NCBI GenBank assembly: GCA_013115145.1
Contig: JAAPAO010000004.1
Span: 160,243 to 224,242, forward strand
Direction of reading: 5' to 3'
Length of the DNA: 64,000 bases
From: Perkinsus chesapeaki ATCC PRA-425
Taxonomy: Eukaryota > Protista > Perkinsozoa
Part shown: one piece after another, positions 52,911 to 64,000 of the stretch
Numbering within the stretch: position 1 is the stretch's first letter
Layout of the letters: each line of letters starts with the position of its first letter
Notes under the pieces: model-generated
Database searches by the model: none
The model's input: the letters and a program-made list of their open reading frames with translations, nothing else
Told to the model about the DNA's origin: nothing
Translations under genes and position numbers: made by a program

Positions 52911-55375
52911 ATGTTAAGAAGATATGTGTTGTTATCATCATCATCATCATCATCGAGGTCAAGAGGTCGTGGTCGTAGGATGATATTAGGATGTTATAAT
53001 AATAGAGTATTATTATCATCATGTGTTGATAATATTAATAAATATTATACCACAGCAACAACAACAACAACAAGTAGTCTACATACACCATTGACTATGT
53101 AATATAATGATAGTAATAACAAATACAATGTATGCAAATTTGTTATGGAAATTGCCGAATTTGGTTATCTCTCGCCGTAGAGCGGTTTGCGATGCCAAAA
53201 TTAGACGGTTTATGTATTCTCACTGAGGGAAATTCGATGAGATATCGATCAACCATTTCATGGGCCATTTTATTGTTATATTTGATGACCCGCGGTCATT
53301 TCAGCACGCGGCTAGGGTGGGATTTTGTTATGCAATGGTCACGAAGTATGCTATACATTTCATGGCTAGCCAGGTGAATATGCACCTGCATATTGGAGTA
53401 TCCCAAATGACATATCCTACCAGACAATGCGATACCATTAATTCATTTATAGGATGCTGGGGCTGGGCCAGGGCAGCAGCAGCAGCAGACTGTCACATTT
53501 TTCACTTGGCAGCTCATTTTCACTCGAACTCTCATATGTCGGGTCCAAAACTTCATAAGGGGAGAGCAACATTCTGTGCCTTTGCTTTAACAAGTAATCT
53601 GAAATTCAATCGAAACTAATGTATCTGTCGTATAACCTGTATCAAGGTGTCTAAGGACCGTATAGCGGCTATATTTATATAACTATCTTGGAGGTGGTAA
53701 TACGGCTTCATGCTAAGAGCAATATATTACGCATATTGCCAAGTATAATAATGAAATGGTTGATCGATATCTCATCGAATTTCCCTCAGTGAGAATACAA
53801 AAACCGTCTAATTTTGGCATCGCAAACCGCTCTACGGCGAGAGATAACTAAATTCGGCAATTTCCATAACAAATTTGCACACGTTGTATTTGTTATTACT
53901 ATCATTAGATTTACTGAAGATGAGGAATTATTAAGATCAACGGTACGTAGTTTTGGTAATGATATTATTGCTCCTAAAGTTAATAAAATGGACGAAGAAT
54001 CACGTATGGATAAAGATATTATTAAATCATTATTTGATAATGGTTTTATGGGTATGGAAATAGAGACTAATAAAGGTGGTAGTGGTTTAAGTTTTATTGA
54101 AACGTTAATAACAATAGAAGAGATATCTAGAATAGATCCATCAGTTGGTGCTATGATAGATATACATAATACCTTGATACCAAGATCAATATTATTATAT
54201 GGTACTAATAAACAAAAAGATATATGGTTACCTAAACTAGCGCAAAATACTATTGGTGCATTTGCTATATCTGAGTCTAATGCAGGTTCAGATGCATTCA
54301 ATTTAAAGACAATAGCTACTAAAGTAGTAGAAGGGGGTAGTAATAGTGGTGGTGGTGGATGGTTATTGAATGGTAATAAAATGTGGATCAGTAATTCTAT
54401 TGAAGCTGGTGTGTTTATTATATTTGCTACTATTGATGTATCACTTGGTTATAAAGGTATAACTGCATTTATATTACCTAAATATGAAGATGATGGTGTA
54501 ACTATGAGAAAAGGTTTAAGTATAGGACCACCAGAGAAAAAGCTTGGTATTAAAGCATCAAGTAGTAATCATAATAATAATAATAAGACATATGTCTTAT
54601 TATTATCAATTATAATACTGCCGCATCATCATCATCATCATCATCTGTTTAAGGTACATGCCCTTTACATCTTGATAATGTATTTATACCAGAGAGTGCA
54701 TTATTAGGTAATATTGGTGAAGGTTATAAAGTTGCCATGTCATTATTAAATGAGGGTAGAATTGGTATAGCAGCACAAATGTTGGGTATAGCTAAATCAG
54801 CAATAGAACATTCTTTAAGGTAGTACTAATAATAATAAGAAGGATTAATAGTAATTATTATTATTATTGTTGTTGTTTTTGTATTATTATAATACTAATT
54901 GATGATGATGATAGGTATATGAATGAAAGGAGACAGTTTGGTAAAAAATTAACAGATTTTCAAGGTATGAGATTCCAATTAGCGGAATTACAAACTGAGA
55001 TATATGCAGCTCATCTTATGGTGTAATAATAATAATATAATTATTATTCCGGATGATGATGATGAAGAAGATGATGTTATTAGATATAATGCTGCCAGAC
55101 TTAAGATAATGGTTGATAAAGGTATCATTAATAGTAAAGATATTATATTAGAGTGTAGTAGTGCTAAATTGAAAGCATCAAGAGTTGCTGAATTAGCTAC
55201 TAGTAAAGGTATTGATTGGTTGGGTGGTGTTGGTTATACTAAAGATTATCCCTTAGAAAAGTTATATAGGGATGCTAAAATAGGACAAATATATGAAGGT
55301 ACATCTAATATACAATTAGAGACAATAGCTAAATATATTATACAACGACAACAACAACAACAACAACATCAATGA
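52911..55375 (+). CDS. Short/branched-chain acyl-CoA dehydrogenase (ACADSB-like), mitochondrial
   Basis: Presequence [10 protein letters not shown]...; [15 protein letters not shown]; [15 protein letters not shown]; [10 protein letters not shown]; [10 protein letters not shown]; [14 protein letters not shown]; RRQFG; [18 protein letters not shown]. Confidence 0.92.
53126..53886. mobile_element. Non-autonomous Tc1-like element/MITE, 761 bp, 136-bp TIRs, TA flanks, in ACADSB intron 1
   Basis: TIRs 53126-53261 and 53751-53886 differ at 4 positions; TA at 53124-53125 and 53887-53888; no transposase ORF recognised. Confidence 0.88.
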
Positions 55376-55554
55376 TAATATTAATAATGAGAAGAAGAAG
55401 ATGAACATGAATATTTTTATTATTTATAATAATGATTATTATTCAAGTATTTTCTATTGTTAATTATATTGTGTATAGTTTTATCCCTATAACAGTAGTC
55501 CCTACTACAGTAGTTGTCGTACTCTTGTTGTAGTTGTTGTTGTTGTTATTGGTA

Positions 55555-56935
55555 ATGTCTGCTACTGGTTATATAATTGGTACATTTCCTTGGGATACAA
55601 CACCACAATTTATACGTTATCATACGGATTATATATCCAAACCTATATTACAACAACACGATAATGATGATGATGATGATAGTAATAATACAATTAATAA
55701 TATTATAATAAATAATGAAGATGAGGAAGAAAAAGAAGAAGGTTCAATTGAATCAATGGTAATTATTATTATTATTATGACGGCGCTTAATGTGAATTAA
55801 AGGTTGTTAGTATTATTATTATTGACATTAGGTAAATGATGTTTGTAGAGCACTAATACAGGAAAAAGAATTCTATTCCGACAAACTAGTAATAATTACT
55901 CTTATTATTAATAATATGTATTATTATTAGAATACTATTAAACTATCTGTATCGGGTAGTATAATACCATCACAATTATCTTCAAAAAGATACGGTATAT
56001 TAAAACATACAGCTATGAGGATGTTATTATTAAGGTATATTAATTATACCAATAATCCTACTATTACTATTGGTAATAATAATAATAATAAGATTGGGTT
56101 TCATTATTATATATTAGGTTTTATACCCTCAACATCTAATAATGATGATACCATTCATAATGGGCAGCAGCAGCATAGTAGTAGTAAATGTTGTTATGTT
56201 GATGAAGGTGGTGCATTACTTACATATAGATTATCTAATATTGAGTTATTATCATTAAGTATTAAAGCTGGTAATAAACTTAGTGGTATAGTTAATAATG
56301 TTAGTGGTAATAATATTAATGTAACTATATTAAACACATGGGCGGCAAGAATACCTAGTAATAATATGTTATCTGATTGGACATATGATGAAGATAATAC
56401 ATTATGGCGTAGGTTAACAACAACTACTACTAATAATAATACTATTATTGAGAAAGGTAAATATGTTATATGATTATTGATTATTTAAATATTATTGATA
56501 GGTACACATGTTACATTCTTTATTGATAATGTAATTACTGGTAGTAATAGTGATAATGAAGATTATGTTGATGATGCTGATAATGGTGTTGATGATTGTT
56601 ATGGTGTTGGTGGTGTTGATGAAAATGATGTTGATGCTATATTTACTAAGAAATGGGTAGCAGCTAATAATAACAATCAAGAACCTCCTACTACTAATAG
56701 TAGTAGTAAACCATATAATTGTCTTATAACCAATAAAAAAGACGAATCGACAAGTATTGTATCAGCAGATAACACATTTATTATTATTGGTGCATTAGTG
56801 GAACCTACTAATACTACTAAAGATGATAATGAAAAGATGAAGAATAACAAGAAGAGACATCATAAACAAGATGATGATGAACAACAAGAAAAGCAACAGA
56901 AGCATCATCATTCTAAGAAACATAGAAAAGACTAA
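55555..56935 (+). CDS. RNA polymerase I subunit RPA43-like, multi-exon
   Basis: KRYGIL; GNKLSGIVNNVSGNNINVTILNTWAARIP (S1/OB-like); IIGALV followed by a Lys/His-rich tail. Family call from memory. Confidence 0.55.
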
Positions 56936-57025
56936 TAATAACAAAAACAGTATTCGATAACGTTACTCATCCATTCATAGAAGACATAGTGTTTGTTAAT
57001 AACAACAACAACAACAACTTTAACC

Positions 57026-57120
57026 TTATTAAAAGGTTAACGTTATTAAAAGGTTAACGTTATTAAAAGGTTAACGTTATTAAAAGGTTAACGTTATTAA
57101 AAGGTTAACGTTATCAAAGG
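57026..57120. repeat. 17-bp minisatellite TTATTAAAAGGTTAACG, 5 copies plus a partial copy
   Basis: Units start at 57026, 57043, 57060, 57077, 57094; partial at 57111. Confidence 0.95.
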
Positions 57121-57178
57121 GTTGTGTTCAATTTGGTCATCTCCGAAGATTGGGGGCAGCGCGGCGATTTTAGCGGAT

Positions 57179-57196
57179 ATCGATCACGTGATCGAT
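57179..57196. promoter_or_regulatory. 18-bp perfect palindrome ATCGATCACGTGATCGAT upstream of RPS19
   Basis: Seen directly; 76 nt before the RPS19 ATG. Confidence 0.75.
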
Positions 57197-57272
57197 TATA
57201 TATTGTGAGATGTACCGGATGGATTCTGGTCCCCTTTAGACATTGTTGTATTGTTGCTCTCCTACATTAAAT

Positions 57273-57932
57273 ATGTGTGAGCTAGTCGCCAAATATGATG
57301 TTAAAACTGTAAAGGATGTACCTGCTGAGTTATTCATTAAAGCGTTTGCTGCTCATTTGAAGGCTCAAGGTCAAATGGAAATACCAAAGGTATTATAGTA
57401 TTAATACAGGTTGTTATTATTATATATTATTAGTGGGCTGAATATATTAAGACTGGTACTCAACGTGAGCTTGCTCCTTATGATGATGATTATCTTTATA
57501 TTCGTGCTGCTGCCATTGCCCGTCGCATGTAATAATAATTATTATAGATATCACTAATAATATCATCTTCAGTTACATCCGCCCTAATATCGGTGTTGGT
57601 GCTCTTCGTAAGATATTTGGTATGAAATCTAACTCTGGTGTTTGCCGTACCCATTTCACTCTTGGAGCTGGTAAGATTAACAGGTAATAATATTATCTAT
57701 TATAACTAGTGTCTTATTATTTAATTTATATATTGTTAGATTCTTACTTCAACAATTAGAGAAAATGGATATTGTTGCACAGAGTGATGCTATGAAGGGT
57801 GGCCGTATTATTACTACTACTGGACGCCAAACTCTTGATACTGTTGCCGTACAAGCAGCTAAAGCCGCTAAACCCGAGGAAACTCAAGAAGAGGACGCTG
57901 TTGCTGCTCTGGCTACTACTGCTGAAGAGTAG
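57273..57932 (+). CDS. RPS19: 40S ribosomal protein S19 (eS19), 4 exons
   Basis: TVKDVPAELFIKAFAAHLK...PK/WAEYIKTG..RELAPYDDDYLYIRAAAIARR; GVGALRKIFG; LQQLE; GGRIIT..G..TLD. Confidence 0.97.
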
Positions 57933-58050
57933 ATTATTACTAATAGGAGGGAGTAGCTCTACATCATCATAGATGGTTAACCGAGGATAAGGCAGAAGAG
58001 CAACACCTTACAACAACAATTATTATCTATGTTGTGTTATTTAATGTATG

Positions 58051-58325
58051 AATAAAGTGTATAATTATATAAATAAAAGTGTATAATTATATAAATAAAA
58101 GGGTATTATTATATAAATAAAAGGGTATTATTATATAAATAAAAGGGTATTATTATNNNNNNNNNNNNNNNNNNNNNNNNNNNNNNNNNNNNNNNNNNNN
58201 NNNNNNNNNNNNNNNNNNNNNNNNNNNNNNNNNNNNNNNNNNNNNNNNNNNNNTTATATAAATAAAAGGGTATAATTATATAAATAAAAGGGTATTATTA
58301 TATAAATAAAAGGGTATTATTATAT
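58051..58325. repeat. About 22-bp AT-rich tandem repeat (ATAAATAAAAGGGTATTATTAT) spanning an assembly gap
   Basis: Repeat units on both sides of the N-run. Confidence 0.85.
58157..58253. other. Assembly gap (97 N)
   Basis: Run of n in the sequence. Confidence 1.
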
Positions 58326-58461
58326 ATTATTGAAGTAATAACACAATACAGCAGTAAGGAGCATACTCTTAGTTGTTCTGGCTGTTATCATCATCAATAA
58401 TTATCTATTGTTATCTGTCATAATCAATACGTTATGATCTCCTATACTCCATCTTTTGTTG

Positions 58462-58935
58462 TTAATGAAGTATCTAATAAAGTTTATATAAAACAATAAT
58501 AATTATTATTACACTCTTGAGTTGTGATGCAAGAACCGTTGATTGGTCAATTTTAGCATCAATATCTTCATCGATTTCACCAATAGATACACTAACAATA
58601 ATATATATATATATAATATTTTATATTATATAATATTACACATCATCTCCTCTAATTAGATATAAACCATGTTGTAAGGTTTGTACACCATCAATTGTAG
58701 TATATACTCTCTCTTTGCATTCACTCAATACAACATTTAAAGATTGATCAAACCTGATAATAATAATTTATAATAATATGTATTTAAATAATTATTATTA
58801 CCCTTTAAATTTACCTAATAATACCTTACCATCAGCTGTAACTAATAATACCTCATTATTTAACATAGGCTCTAGCATAGATGATGTATTAGCCAATGCA
58901 GTAGTAGGATGGATATGATGATGATGTGACGACAT
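58462..58935 (-). CDS. LSM8: U6 snRNA-associated Sm-like protein LSm8, 4 exons
   Basis: LEPMLNNEVLLVTADGKVLLGKFKG/FDQSLNVVLSECKERVY...GLYLIRGDDV/VSIGEIDEDID; micro-exon ILH-stop at 58462-58473. Confidence 0.9.
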
Positions 58936-58984
58936 TATTATTAAAGATAGGGGGGATATATACGCTCATGAAACAGTTATTATA

Positions 58985-60619
58985 ATGACAATTCATAATA
59001 ATAAGAAGGATAATAATGAATATGATGATGAAGGTAGTAGTAAATTATTAAGTGGAAGGTAGTAATAATAATATTATTACGGTATAATGTATCAATATAT
59101 CATCAGACGCTTAACTGAGGAGGTATTAAATAATATAGTAAAGTCGGATAGGAATATGTACTAATATTATAATAATATTATTAGTATTAACAATTAAAGG
59201 TATTATAGAACTAAAGAATTGAACGATAAATTATACATACATTATGGTGGTTATAAAAAACTAGAGAATTTACAACAATTTACCGGACTTAAAGTATTAT
59301 ACGGTGAATGTAACGGTAATAATAATAATGTTCATTATTATTATTATTATTGTAAGTATTCAGGATTCTCGAAAATAGAAGGTTTAGAATGTTTAACATC
59401 ATTAAGAAGTTTGTAATAATAATAATAATGTATCATTATTATTACTTAATATTATTATTGATATTAGATTTCTCGGACAGAACTGTATTGAAGAGATAGA
59501 GAATCTTGATAATAATACACAACTTTGGACATTAAGTCTCCCTGATAATTTTATTAAAAGAATTAATAATATAAGTAACATATAATAAATAATAATAACA
59601 TCATCATCATCAGGTCATCTTAAAAGATTGAATACACTTAATCTAGCAAATAACCAAATCGGTATGGGCGGTATAAATGATATTAAATCATTAATAGTTA
59701 ATAATAAAGAACAACAAGTATCAAAAGCAACAACAACAACAACAGCTGATGATGATGATGAAGCAGAAGAAGGTGGTATATATTATTATAATATGATAAT
59801 AATATTAAACTATCACAGATGATGATGATAAGGGGGGGATTGCTGTATTAGATTTGAGTAATAATAAGATTGATGATCCATTAATAGTAATAATAATAAA
59901 CTTAATATTATTATAATAATATTTCGATTGTTGATTAGATTGATGAAGTATTAAGTAAAATGAAAGGATTGCGTGTATTATATCTCAAGGGTAATCCAGT
60001 AGTTAAAAATATTAAAAATTATAGGAAGACAATTATAGCTAAATTACCTAAACTAAGGTAGTAGTTCTAATAATAATTATAATAGACTTATTGGATTATT
60101 CTTCTTCTTCTTCTTGTTGTTGTTGTTGCTGTAATATTAGATATCTAGATGATCGTCCAATATTCATCGATGAAAGAAGATTAGCCTCAGCATTCTATTA
60201 TCATGGTGGTATTGAAAGGGAAAGGGAAGAGAGAAAGTTAATAAGGCAAGAAAAGGAAGATGAAAGGAGAAGGAATATGAATAATTTTGATACTATGATA
60301 AGAAGAGCAAGAGACGAATATAGAGAAGGTAGATTAATGAGAAATAATGATAATAGATATCCAAATCCTATTGATGATCCTGTTGATACAATTGAAAGAA
60401 GAAGGGAAAGGTGATGATAATAATAATAAATATATATTTATAATTAAGTAGCGTTATTGGTATTATTATTTAGGTGGGCACAACGTAATAGAGATGATAT
60501 TATAGTATTAAGGGATAATATTGATAATAATAATAATAATATGCCAACGATAAACAATAATGAAGATGATGAGGACGATATTGATTCAAATATGAGTACA
60601 TCTTGCAGTACAAGTGGTG

Positions 60620-60660
<41 letters not shown>

Positions 60661-60921
60661 GAAGAAGAAGAAGAAGAAGAACAAGAAGAACAGGAACAAG
60701 AACAAGAAGGCTTTGGAATAGAAGAATATAATGAAACACATAATGATGATGATAATAATACAGTCATTGGTGATGAAGATAATATAAATACAACAAGAAT
60801 AACATCAACATCATCATATTTATTATGGGATGATAATATATTTAATAATATAACAACAACAACTCCAATGGACTCAGATGATGATAACTGCTATAATAAT
60901 ACACTTAATAATATGGATTGA
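58985..60921 (+). CDS. Leucine-rich-repeat dynein assembly factor (DNAAF1/LRRC50-like), multi-exon
   Basis: LNDKLYIHYGGYKKLENLQQFTGLKVLY; GFSKIEGLE; YLKGNPVVKNIKNYRKTIIAKLPKL/YLDDRPIFIDERRLA.AF. First exon uncertain. Confidence 0.82.
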
Positions 60922-61099
60922 TAATAATTATAACATGTATTAATTACCTATATATGATGTATTATTATTATAGTAGATTAATAATAGCGTTGTCAATTAA
61001 TATAAGGGTTGTAATCATGATCATCATCATGACGATGATGATGATGATCGTGGTTGTTCTGATTGTATTATCAGTGTAGTAGTATTAACCGTATCGAAT

Positions 61100-61459
61100 A
61101 TGGATAATAATAAAGCTAATAATGATGGAGATGATAATAATAATGATACTAATAAAGATGATAATATAACCCTTGATGAGCTTATAACAAAAGGTAATGA
61201 TGATAGTAATAATAAACAATAATTCTTCTTCTTGTTGTTGTTATTTAGTTAATAATTATACGTCTATGGTTGAAAGTGAAATAGATAGTAATAATAAAAA
61301 GATAGTATCGTTAAAAGAGGATTATAGAATTTTAAAATTACAATCAGGTGGTAATTGTAATAATATTAATAGTTATATAATCATTAATAAATAGGTAAAT
61401 TAAGTAAAATTCAAACACATGCGATATCGACTATGATGCTGATGCATAATAATCAATAA
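61100..61459 (+). CDS. Small hypothetical protein, 3 exons
   Basis: In-frame splice model MDNNKANN...LDELITK/VNNYTSMVESEID...LQSG/GKLSKIQTHAISTMMLMHNNQ-stop. Confidence 0.35.
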
Positions 61460-61579
61460 TAATCCCTTATAACACAACAACAGTAATGTTAATTTGAGTT
61501 ATTATAAATAATAGTAACGAGGGACGAAACATCAGCAGCAACAGCAACAGAAACAATAACATCGTCATTCAATATTTTA

Positions 61580-63764
61580 TCATTGTTGATTACATGATTG
61601 TGTATTATTATCACCTAATATATAATAAATGAAGCTAATGAATAATTATTTACCTCCATCACTTGCATATTTCTGCCTTTTATAATTATTTTCTCTTTCT
61701 TTATTTATTCTTTCTTCATTAGATATCCTTTTATTTATTATATCCCTCTCAGTATCATTCAGTCTTTTAGCGTATAAAGTATTAACATTTATACTCTCTT
61801 CCTTTTTCTCTTTATTATTATTATTATCATAAACCTTTTCTTCATCACACTCGCTTATACCATTATTATCATCATTATGTTGTGTTGTTGTAGTTGTAGT
61901 TGTTGTTTTATTAGTAAACCAGTTTTTAACAGATTGTATAATACTATTACTATTCCCACCAGAACTCTTATTATTATTATTGTTATCATCTAATCTAACT
62001 TTATCATTATCACCAAGATTCTTCTTATTATTATTATCTTTCGGTAGTAATGTATTATTTATATCATCTCTAATACGTAATCTATCATCCTCTGCTATAT
62101 CAGATAATGCTTTAGGAAATGATATATTGAATCTTATATACCTACATAATAATAATACTACTACAGTTATATTAATATTTGTTATTCTTATTACATATCA
62201 CCATATCTACCCTTTTTATTATTATTATTTACTATTATAGGCATACCCATACCACTAATTACCCATATATCACCAGGTCTTACTATTGTATCATTATATT
62301 CAGTGCTCTTGTTGGTGTTATTATTTTTAACTACATATGAATTACCATCTAAATGTTTAAGTGGGAATGTAAAACCACATAATGCTTCTGCTAATGTAAT
62401 AGTTTTATCTAATACTAAATCCCCACCACCACCGCCAGAAGAAGAAGAGTCGGATAATCTACAGTAATATTTAATTGAATCACCAAATATATTTGAAGAT
62501 GATGTTTGTTTTGTTGTTGTTGTTATTAATGTTATAATAACATCACCAGTATTATCACAGTCTAGTCTTTCAGATGCCATACCATTATATTTAATAATAT
62601 GATAATCATCAGTTCCAGGTAATACATTAACATTTAATATATCATTTTCTTTAATATAACCTTTACCGTTACATGATTTACATATAGCATCTTTAGGTAT
62701 TTTATAACCTTGACCTTTACATAATGGACATGGTGATTGTTGTTGAAATATAGTATAACCCATTTTACGGGTTTCAATAATAATACCACTACCATTACAT
62801 TTATTACAATTATCAAATCTATATGCTCCAAAACCATTACATCCTTTACATTTAATATCTCTTGTATGTTTAACTTTTTGTGTAAATCCATTATATAATT
62901 GTTCTAATGTCACCGGCATTGCGTAATATACATCTGCTGAACGTCGTCGTGATGATGATGAAGATGATGACGCTGTAGACGACCTACCACCAGCAGCACC
63001 AAACATTTGAGCAAATAAATCGAATGGATCTTGAAACCTAGTAATTATAATTTAATAATATATTAATTATTATATTTACCCATAAGCACTCCCGTAAGCG
63101 GCCCCTCCAAATGGATTGCTATTAGCTCCTCCTCCTCCGAACCCCCCTCCACCACCATTTAATCCTTCTTCACCATATTGATCATAAATACGTCTTTTAT
63201 CTTTATCGCTTAATACTTCATAACTGATAATAATATATCGTCAATACTAACAACATTATTATTATTACGCTTGTGATATCTCTTTAAATTTTTCAGCATC
63301 ACCTTCTGGTCTATCTGGATGATATCTATAACAATAATAATTACTACTATATTTATAGTCTTACTTAAATGCCATCTTCTTATATGCTGTTTTAATATCA
63401 GTTTCATTTGCATTTCGATCTAATCCCAATACTTTATAATATTCATTGTTGTTGCCAACCTAATCATAATAAACATCAATAATAATAATAATAATCATTA
63501 TTATACTACCCCTGCCCCACTCCTACTACTAGTTCCATACATTCTCCTTTCATATTCTCGTTTATAATAATGAGGAAGAAGAGCAGGAGGTATTGTATTA
63601 TTATTGTATAATAGTAGTGTACTCCCTTTATTTATATGACAGGAGGCGGAAGAGGAACATAAGGCACGACGGATGCAAGTAGATGATGATGTAATAAGTC
63701 TTATGGTATTATTATTACTACCACCAATATTATGATAATATGATGATAATAATGATGAAGGCAT
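61580..63764 (-). CDS. Type I DnaJ (DNAJA-like) with N-terminal extension and C-terminal CaaX
   Basis: J domain [11 protein letters not shown]...HPD; G/F region; four CxxCxGxG repeats; [12 protein letters not shown]; ends QSCNQQ with TGA at 61580-61582. Confidence 0.88.
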
Positions 63765-64000
63765 AGATAGGAAAAGATAACAAAAAAGGGATATATACCA
63801 CCACCACTAATAATAATAATAATAGTCAAGTTATACACCACCATAATGTGATCATCGTCATGTTTTACTTATTAAGATTATTATGTTATTATCAATTTAT
63901 AATACTATAACAACAACAAGTAGTAGCAGCAGTATTATTTGGTATCATTTGAATATTTATAGTAGTAATAACTGAATAATTCTGTAACGCCTTCGTACCT

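Noticed and set aside
53241-53251. GATATCGATCA in the MITE TIR resembling half of the RP palindrome
   Set aside because: Only a half-site with no CACGTG core; likely chance ATCGAT similarity.
57026-57120. Possible CRISPR-like arrays (17-bp and 63-bp repeats)
   Set aside because: Head-to-tail repeats without unique spacers, no cas genes, eukaryotic context.

Overview
Gene-dense, AT-rich eukaryotic genomic DNA (roughly 30% GC by eye) with many short GT-AG introns of about 38-60 nt and microsatellite-derived homopolymer amino-acid runs. The gene content, the tiny introns and a DD37E/TRT transposon suggest a Perkinsus-like (Perkinsea/myzozoan) alveolate; this is inference. About 26 protein genes were assembled by eye, including kinesin-3, GluRS, TRM13, TBL1-like, SERINC, SRP14, a BK-like K+ channel, SERCA, RPL27, HGD, ACADSB, RPS19, LSM8, DNAAF1-like and a DnaJA. 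Main highlights: (1) an intron-rich, apparently mitochondrion-targeted sulfoacetaldehyde acetyltransferase (Xsc), a bacterial taurine/sulfonate desulfonation enzyme; (2) a perfect 18-bp palindrome ATCGATCACGTGATCGAT at the same distance (76-77 nt) upstream of both ribosomal-protein genes; (3) a GGCGAGCGCT motif in three upstream regions; (4) a DD37E Tc1-like element whose transposase carries two host-type introns, inserted in a 43-nt intron of TRM13; (5) a related non-autonomous element at the centre of a palindromic intron of ACADSB. Exon boundaries and family calls come from manual reading and remembered motifs, with no database searches.
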